From assembly GCA_021798795.1 (NCBI GenBank), contig JAJZBR010000002.1, forward strand, positions 1 through 59,858: a DNA stretch of 59,858 bases, written 5' to 3'. The position numbers and the translations under genes were made by a program. Positions within the stretch are counted from its first letter, which is position 1; the number at the start of each line of letters is the position of its first letter. The notes below the pieces were generated by a model. The model saw only the letters and a list, made by a program, of their open reading frames with translations. It was not told the origin of the DNA and searched no databases. Source of the DNA: Pseudomonadota bacterium. GTDB lineage: Bacteria; Pseudomonadota; Gammaproteobacteria; JAKAQQ01. Positions 54,138 to 59,858 of the stretch are shown here, piece after piece.

Positions 54138-56943
54138 GCCGCTCTCCGGAGCCGAACAGGTTTCCAAAGCAGCGCTCACAAAGATCGGGATGTTCGGGGT
54201 GCCCGCCCACATCCTCCCGATAATGCCAGCAGCGTCCGCAGCGTCTGCCCGGTGCCTGTTCGAGTTTGAGTCGGGCACCCGCGAGCCCGTCGATTTCTGA
54301 GGTATCCGGTGGGGCGGGAGACAGGGCGAGATCCACATGGGAGGTGAGGAAGAGAAAATGCAGTTCAGGCGCGAGGGGGGTCGCAGCCTTGTAGAGCTCT
54401 GTCGGCAGATAGAGACGGACGGCGGCTTCGAGGCTTTTCCCCATGCGACCCTCGCGCCGTTCGAGCTCGATCGCGCGGTTGATGGCATTGCGGACGAGAA
54501 GGAGGGGCTCGAAGGGCCATTGCGCGGCCTGATGCGAAAGATCCGGCAGATCTGGAAATGTCGAGAGCATGGCCGACTCGACTGTCCGTCCGGGAAGGTA
54601 GGCCCAGACCTCCTCCGCAGTGAACGGCAAAATCGGCGCCATCCAGTGGATCAGGCTCCGGGCGATCGAGAACAGGGTCTGCTGTGCCGAGCGCCGGGCC
54701 TGCGCAGGTGCTGGCAACGTGTAGAGCCGATCCTTGAGGACATCAAGGTAAAAACTGCCGAGATCGACGACACAGAAGTTGAGAAGTTTCTGGGTGATGG
54801 CATGAAAGGTGAAACTCTCGTAAGCGGCGCGGATCTCGAGATCGAGCCTGCGCACCCGCTCGAGGACCCACTGGTCGAGGGCGAGGGCCTCCTCGGGCGG
54901 GAAGGCGTGACAGGCCGGATCGAAGTCGCCGAGGTTGATCAGAATGAAGCGGAGCGTATTGCGCAGACGGCGGTAGGTCTCTGCACTCTGGTCGAGGATC
55001 GCATCCGAAACCGCGAGCTCGGATCGGTAATCGTTGCTTGCGACCCAAAGGCGCAACACGTCGGCACCCAGGCGGTCGGTCACAGCCTGGGGCGCGATGA
55101 CATTCCCCAATGATTTGGACATCTTGTGACCGTCCGGGTCGACGGTGAATCCATGTGTCAGAACCGCCCGATAAGGCGCCTGTCCATTCAGGGCAACGGA
55201 GGTGAGGAGGGAGGATTGAAACCAGCCGCGATGCTGGTCTGAGCCCTCGAGATAGAGATCGGCAGGCCATCCGAGTTCGGGGCGGAGCGCGAGGACGGTT
55301 CTATGCGTGAGCCCCGAATCGAGCCAGACATCGAGCACATCGTCTATGCGGTGGTAACCGCTGCGATCGATGGGAGTGGCCTCTGGATGGTCGAACGCGC
55401 TCAAACCCGCTTCGACACCATCCGATTCGATCCGCCCGGCCAGGGCATCGAGGAGATCGGCCGAACGGGGATGCAGTGCGCCGCTTTCGTTATCGACCCA
55501 GAGCGCGAGGGGCACTCCCCAGATCCGCTGGCGCGAAATGCACCAGTCCGGGCGATTGGCAACCATCTGGGTCATGCGTGCCTGCCCCCACTCCGGATGC
55601 CAGTGGACCGTAGTGATGGCCTCGAGGCTCAGGTCCCGGAGCGAACCCTCTTCGAGTGGAATGAACCATTGGGGCGTGGCGCGGAAAATGACGGGTGTCT
55701 TGTGCCTCCAGCAGTGCGGATAGCTGTGTGTCCACTCGGCTTGGTGAAGCAGTGTTCCGTGAGCGTTGAGGAGGGTTACGATCGCACCCGCGGCCTCGAA
55801 GATCGCAAGGCCGGCCAAGTGCTCCACATGTGGGCGAAAGTGCCCTTGGGGGTCGACCAGGTCATCGAGCGCAAGCCCGTAACGTTTGCCGAGCGCGTAG
55901 TCTTCGAGGCCGTGGGCCGGAGCCGTGTGGATGGCACCGGTACCCACATCGTGTTCGACATGCTCGCCGAGAACGACCGGTACTCGGCGCGGATAGAACG
56001 GGTGCTCGAGTTCGATGCCGGCCAGAGTCGCGCCCGCGAGTGTGCCCACTTGGGCAACCGGTTTCAATCCGTAACGTTTGAGTGTGGAATCCACGAGCGC
56101 TTCCAGGAGGATGAGACCCTCTTCACCCGTGGGCCCTTCGACTCTGAGACAGGCGTAACGTGCTTGGGGATCCAGGCAGACCGCGCGGTTCGCGGGCAGT
56201 GTCCAAGGCGTCGTGGTCCAGATTGGAATCGACCAGGCGAGGCCAGATCGGGTCGAATGACCAGCCGCAAGGACCGGAATCTGGAGCGGGTCTGACACGC
56301 GGAACCGGACATCCAGCGCAAGCGAGGTACGCGGGGCATATTCGACTTCGGCTTCCGCAAGCGCGGACTCGCAATCGAGGCACCAATGGACGGGTTTGGT
56401 CCCCCGGACGACCTCATGGTTACGCAAAAGTGAAGCGAGTGCCCGAAGTTCGGCTGCAACCTGGGGAGCATCCATGGTTCGATAGGGGTGTTCCCAGTCA
56501 CCTAGAACACCCAGCCGTTCGAAATCCGCGCGTTGTCCCCGGATCTGGGTTTCGGCGTAACGTCGGCAGGCGGCGCGAAAACTTGCGGGATCCATCTCCC
56601 GTTCCTTTTTGCCGAGTTCACGTTCGACCATGAGTTCAATCGGCAGTCCGTGACAATCCCAGCCGGGTACGAAGGGAGCGTCAAACCCCAAAAGTGTGCG
56701 CGAACGGACAACGATGTCCTTTAGGATCTTGTTGACCGCATGACCGATGTGGATCCGTCCATTGGCGTAGGGTGGACCATCCGCCAGGATGAACCGTGGC
56801 CGACCGGCGGATTGGGTGCGGATCTTCTCATAAAGATGTGTGTCCTGCCAGCGTTTCACGAGCAAGGGCTCGCGTTCCGGCAGGTTGGCCTTCATGGGAA
56901 ACGCGGTTTCCAGAAGGTTCAGGGTTTTTCGATAATCCCCCAC
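54124..56943 (-). CDS. ileS: isoleucine--tRNA ligase
   Basis: GTG start ([22 protein letters not shown], cf. E. coli [21 protein letters not shown]), preceded by GAGGAG. HIGH motif (RIHIGH), KMSKS and a C-terminal zinc-finger CxxC pair. Confidence 0.95.
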   Translation of the reverse strand: MGDYRKTLNLLETAFPMKANLPEREPLLVKRWQDTHLYEKIRTQSAGRPRFILADGPPYANGRIHIGHAVNKILKDIVVRSRTLLGFDAPFVPGWDCHGLPIELMVERELGKKEREMDPASFRAACRRYAETQIRGQRADFERLGVLGDWEHPYRTMDAPQVAAELRALASLLRNHEVVRGTKPVHWCLDCESALAEAEVEYAPRTSLALDVRFRVSDPLQIPVLAAGHSTRSGLAWSIPIWTTTPWTLPANRAVCLDPQARYACLRVEGPTGEEGLILLEALVDSTLKRYGLKPVAQVGTLAGATLAGIELEHPFYPRRVPVVLGEHVEHDVGTGAIHTAPAHGLEDYALGKRYGLALDDLVDPQGHFRPHVEHLAGLAIFEAAGAIVTLLNAHGTLLHQAEWTHSYPHCWRHKTPVIFRATPQWFIPLEEGSLRDLSLEAITTVHWHPEWGQARMTQMVANRPDWCISRQRIWGVPLALWVDNESGALHPRSADLLDALAGRIESDGVEAGLSAFDHPEATPIDRSGYHRIDDVLDVWLDSGLTHRTVLALRPELGWPADLYLEGSDQHRGWFQSSLLTSVALNGQAPYRAVLTHGFTVDPDGHKMSKSLGNVIAPQAVTDRLGADVLRLWVASNDYRSELAVSDAILDQSAETYRRLRNTLRFILINLGDFDPACHAFPPEEALALDQWVLERVRRLDLEIRAAYESFTFHAITQKLLNFCVVDLGSFYLDVLKDRLYTLPAPAQARRSAQQTLFSIARSLIHWMAPILPFTAEEVWAYLPGRTVESAMLSTFPDLPDLSHQAAQWPFEPLLLVRNAINRAIELERREGRMGKSLEAAVRLYLPTELYKAATPLAPELHFLFLTSHVDLALSPAPPDTSEIDGLAGARLKLEQAPGRRCGRCWHYREDVGGHPEHPDLCERCFGNLFGSGERRAFI

Positions 56944-56948
56944 GGGGC

Positions 56949-57899
56949 TCACTCCTCGGATAGGTTGTGCGACTGGGATGCCAGAATCGAACGAGCCGCC
57001 TCGGCATCCGCGTCGATCGCACGGCGCAGCTTTTCCCAATCGTCGAAGCGGCGCTCTTCGCGCAGGAAGGCCACAAACTCGACCGTGATCAGCTGTCCGT
57101 AGAGGTCATCCGTCCAGTCGAACAGGTGCACCTCAAGCAACTCGGAGCCGTCATCCAGACCAGGCCGGGTTCCGAGACTGGCCACGCCATTGTAAGGGAG
57201 GGGCCCCACTCCGTGCACGCGTACGGCAAACACGCCCCGCACGGCGGCGCGGCGCCTTTGGGGGAGGAGATTGGCCGTGGGATAGCCGATTCTGCGGCCC
57301 CGGGCATGGCCGTGGATGACACGCCCCATCATCTCATAGGGACGTCCGAGCAGCCTCGCGGCGTCCCTGAGATCGCCTTGCGCAAGGGCCTTTCGGATGC
57401 GGGTGCTGCTGATCCGTTCGCCCTGGCTCCGTTCGGGTGTGACCACCCTGAGTGCGCGTCCGAGCGGGCTGAGCAGACGTTCGAGGGTTTCCACATCGCC
57501 CGTTCGCCGGTGTCCAAAGCGGAAGTTGTCGCCCACAGCGACCCCCTCCGCTCCGAGCGACTCGACGAGCATCGTGCGTACGAAATCCTGGGCTGACATG
57601 CCGGCAAGCTCGGTGCCGAATCGCAGAACCACAAGGTGATCCACGCCAAGCGGTTTGAGCGCCTCGATTTTTTCGCGCAGTGTCGTGAGCCGCTCCGGCG
57701 GAGGATTTTTGAAAACCTCTTGCGGAAGCGGTTCGAAGGTGAGCAGGGTGAGAGGCAGTCCATGCTCCGCTGCCAGAGCGCGTGCCACGCCGATCAAGGC
57801 CTGGTGTCCGCGGTGGATGCCATCGAAGCCGCCCACGGTCACGATGCTCGGTCCCTGGCACGATGCCGCGCGGTGAAGACGGAAGGCTGAATCCGTCAT
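56949..57899 (-). CDS. ribF: bifunctional riboflavin kinase / FMN adenylyltransferase
   Basis: Start MTDSAFRL, with an ATGA overlap with the murJ stop. Motifs [13 protein letters not shown] and the C-terminal kinase block GYPTANL. Confidence 0.92.
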   Translation of the reverse strand: MTDSAFRLHRAASCQGPSIVTVGGFDGIHRGHQALIGVARALAAEHGLPLTLLTFEPLPQEVFKNPPPERLTTLREKIEALKPLGVDHLVVLRFGTELAGMSAQDFVRTMLVESLGAEGVAVGDNFRFGHRRTGDVETLERLLSPLGRALRVVTPERSQGERISSTRIRKALAQGDLRDAARLLGRPYEMMGRVIHGHARGRRIGYPTANLLPQRRRAAVRGVFAVRVHGVGPLPYNGVASLGTRPGLDDGSELLEVHLFDWTDDLYGQLITVEFVAFLREERRFDDWEKLRRAIDADAEAARSILASQSHNLSEE

Positions 57900-59539
57900 G
57901 ATCCGTCTCGCGCTGGGGTACGGGCCGATGCGATCATCCGATAGAGCCTCCCCGGCCCGAGCCCCTGGATCCAAAGCATGGTCGCATAGATCAGAAACCC
58001 GGCGGCAATCAGGATCGACAGATGTCCGATCCGAATCCAGGCGGACCAGTGAAACCAGTGCCCGAGACGTCCCTCGAACCAGGCGAGGGCGCCCCCCATG
58101 ACGGCGATGGCCACGATCACCCGGAGGATCAACCAACGCCAGCCCGGGTTGAGATGCCATTTCCGGGAGCGCTGCAAGCCACGGGCCAGAAGTCCCGCAT
58201 TGAGAAGGGCGGCGAGCGAGGTGGAGAGAGCCAGCCCCGCGTGGGGGGCAGGCCAGCCCTCGACCACCCAGGGGATCACGATCAGGGCATTGAATGCGAG
58301 ATTGGCACCGATCGCCCAGAGTGCGATCCGGACCGGTGTGCGCGTGTCTTTCTGGGCGTAGAAGCCAGGTGCGAGGATCTTGACCGCCGTAAACCCGATC
58401 AGACCCAGGGCATAAGCCATGAGACTGGCCCGGGCCATCTCGGCGTCAAACCGGGTGAAGGCACCGTAGCGGAACAGGGTCACGATGAGTGGACCGGCGA
58501 GTACGCCGAGACCGATTGCAGCCGGCAGCGCAAGGAGCACGACCAAGCGCATGGCGGTATCGATGAGCTGTGAAAACTCTCCTGCCGACCGCTTGGCGTG
58601 GGCGCGGGTCAATCCCGGCAGGATGACGGTTCCGAGCGCGATGGCGAAGACTCCGAGTGGAAACTCCATGAGCCGATCGGAGTAGTAAAGCCAGCTCACG
58701 CTGCCTGGACTCAGGAAAGAGGCGATCGCGGTATCGACGAGGAGATTGATCTGCATGACCGATGCGCCCAAAAGGGCCGGCAGCATGAGGTGGAAAACCT
58801 GCTGGACGGATTCGTGCTTCCAGGCCCAGCGTGGCCGGGCCAGGAGTTTCAGCCGGCCGAGAAATGGCAGTTGGAAGAGAAACTGCAAAAATCCCGCGGC
58901 CAGTACGCCCCATCCGAGGGCCAATACCGGGATGGCAAAAAGCCGTGACAGCCAGAGCGCTGCGGCGATCAGGGACAGGTTGAGAAGAATGGGTGTCGCG
59001 GCAGGAACGGCAAAGCGGCCATGGACATTCATGGCGCCCGCAGCGAGCGCCGTGAGCGCGATGAAGAAAAGATAGGGAAAGGTGAGGCGCAACAGTTCCG
59101 TGGCGAGTCCGTGTGTCGCCGGATCATGCGCGAATCCGGGAGCAAAGAGGTCGATAAAGTAGGGTGCGAAGAGGATGCCGAGCGCACTGAAAATGAGCAG
59201 AATGATCCCGAGCGTACCGCTCGTTTCCGCGATCAGGCGCCGGGTCTCCTCATGTCCCTTTTGTGTGTGGATTTCACCCAAGACTGGAACAAATGCCTGG
59301 GAAAAAGCACCTTCGGCAAAAAGACGCCTGAAAAAGTTTGGAATCTTGAAGGCAACGAAGAAGGCATCCATGACCGGGCCCGCGCCAAAATATCGTGCCA
59401 GGATGACATCGCGGGCGAACCCAAGGATGCGGGAGAGAAAAGTAAACCCTCCAACCGTCGCCGTTGACTGGAGGAGGCGCTTCGCGCCCGATGACGTCAG
59501 GGGTTGGGTCGCCTCGGGGTCGGGAGTGGGTACGGACAT
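57896..59539 (-). CDS. murJ: lipid II flippase MurJ (MviN)
   Basis: 547 aa polytopic protein. N-terminal SRILGFARDVILARYFGAG...DAFFVAFKIPNFFRRLFAEGAFSQAFVPVL is the MurJ signature. Confidence 0.93.
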   Translation of the reverse strand: MSVPTPDPEATQPLTSSGAKRLLQSTATVGGFTFLSRILGFARDVILARYFGAGPVMDAFFVAFKIPNFFRRLFAEGAFSQAFVPVLGEIHTQKGHEETRRLIAETSGTLGIILLIFSALGILFAPYFIDLFAPGFAHDPATHGLATELLRLTFPYLFFIALTALAAGAMNVHGRFAVPAATPILLNLSLIAAALWLSRLFAIPVLALGWGVLAAGFLQFLFQLPFLGRLKLLARPRWAWKHESVQQVFHLMLPALLGASVMQINLLVDTAIASFLSPGSVSWLYYSDRLMEFPLGVFAIALGTVILPGLTRAHAKRSAGEFSQLIDTAMRLVVLLALPAAIGLGVLAGPLIVTLFRYGAFTRFDAEMARASLMAYALGLIGFTAVKILAPGFYAQKDTRTPVRIALWAIGANLAFNALIVIPWVVEGWPAPHAGLALSTSLAALLNAGLLARGLQRSRKWHLNPGWRWLILRVIVAIAVMGGALAWFEGRLGHWFHWSAWIRIGHLSILIAAGFLIYATMLWIQGLGPGRLYRMIASARTPARDGS

Positions 59540-59713
59540 TGAACGAGAGTGTACCGGGTGGAGCGATTGTCCGCCAGCGTCGTTGGGACCGCCGCCTTTC
59601 CCGGCGGGCGTGGTTCACACCTTGCGGATCCCGAGTGGGGTGGACTGCGCAGGTGCACTCTCGTGCCGGCCCCAAAGTGACATGTTCCAAAAGCGATGAG
59701 CCGGGCAAGCAGT

Positions 59714-59742
59714 TTGACAAATCCGGTCCGGGGGGCTAAGGT
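59714..59742 (+). promoter_or_regulatory. sigma-70-type promoter, rightward (divergent from murJ)
   Basis: Perfect -35 TTGACA (59714..59719), a 17-nt spacer and TAAGGT (59737..59742; 3/6 including T1, A2, T6). Confidence 0.45.
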
Positions 59743-59817
59743 GATCGAAAGCGCCGATTTGATACTCAGCTTGCGGGCGCTCAATAAATACGGCTAAAGC
59801 GGGGGATCCCAAGGGAA

Positions 59818-59849
59818 CCTGCTTAAGCGAAAGCTGAGCGGGTTTTTTT
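59818..59849 (+). terminator. intrinsic-terminator-like hairpin plus T7, in the leader of the next gene or at the end of a ~100-nt sRNA
   Basis: CCTGCT-(TA)-AGC-GAAA-GCT-(G)-AGCGGG (9 bp, GNRA loop), followed by TTTTTTT (59843..59849). An ATG at 59850 abuts the T-run. Confidence 0.5.
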
Positions 59850-59858
59850 ATGGCTGCC

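Noticed and set aside
59850-59858. Calling rpsT from ATGGCTGCC at the window edge.
   Set aside because: Only three codons are visible and there is no Shine-Dalgarno sequence. Synteny makes rpsT likely, but the sequence cannot support a CDS call.
1-59858. CRISPR arrays, rRNA genes, intact IS elements, prophage genes and toxin-antitoxin pairs.
   Set aside because: No spaced short direct-repeat array, rRNA-like conserved block, full-length transposase with inverted repeats, phage structural or integrase gene, or adjacent small-ORF pair with TA-like features was seen on either strand.

Overview
This is a 59.9 kb GC-rich proteobacterial chromosome segment with about 50 genes. Housekeeping blocks are recognised by motif. 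They are: beta-carbonic anhydrase and an RND efflux pair; OsmC/tdh/kbl; a complete L-Ara4N lipid A modification (arn) operon with split arnA; icd, putA, sdaA; an MlaFED/MCE-type transporter; and, at the right end, TolC, lspA-ileS-ribF-murJ and a probable rpsT leader. Between tRNA-Thr(CGU) at 28.1 kb and about 48.1 kb the content looks accessory. It holds secreted peptidases (one S9, two tandem S10 with a 601-bp identical block, one M13), two SYLF lipoproteins flanking a transposase scar, and an ECF sigma/anti-sigma/DUF4097 module. It also holds the most interesting locus, an O2-independent ubiquinone supercluster at 38.7-48.0 kb. That cluster contains ubiT, ubiU-ubiV behind a perfect TTGAT-N4-ATCAA FNR-type box, and ubiD-ubiX headed by an unassigned B12-binding radical SAM enzyme behind a second FNR-like box with the same geometry. 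A divergent chorismate mutase plus large PLP-decarboxylase-like operon sits beside ubiT. Two transposase fragments, a possible group II intron 5' end at the left edge, and a promoter plus terminator/antiterminator leader at the right edge are also noted. No CRISPR array, rRNA, intact IS or integrase was seen. All calls come from reading the sequence and the ORF track; no database search was run.
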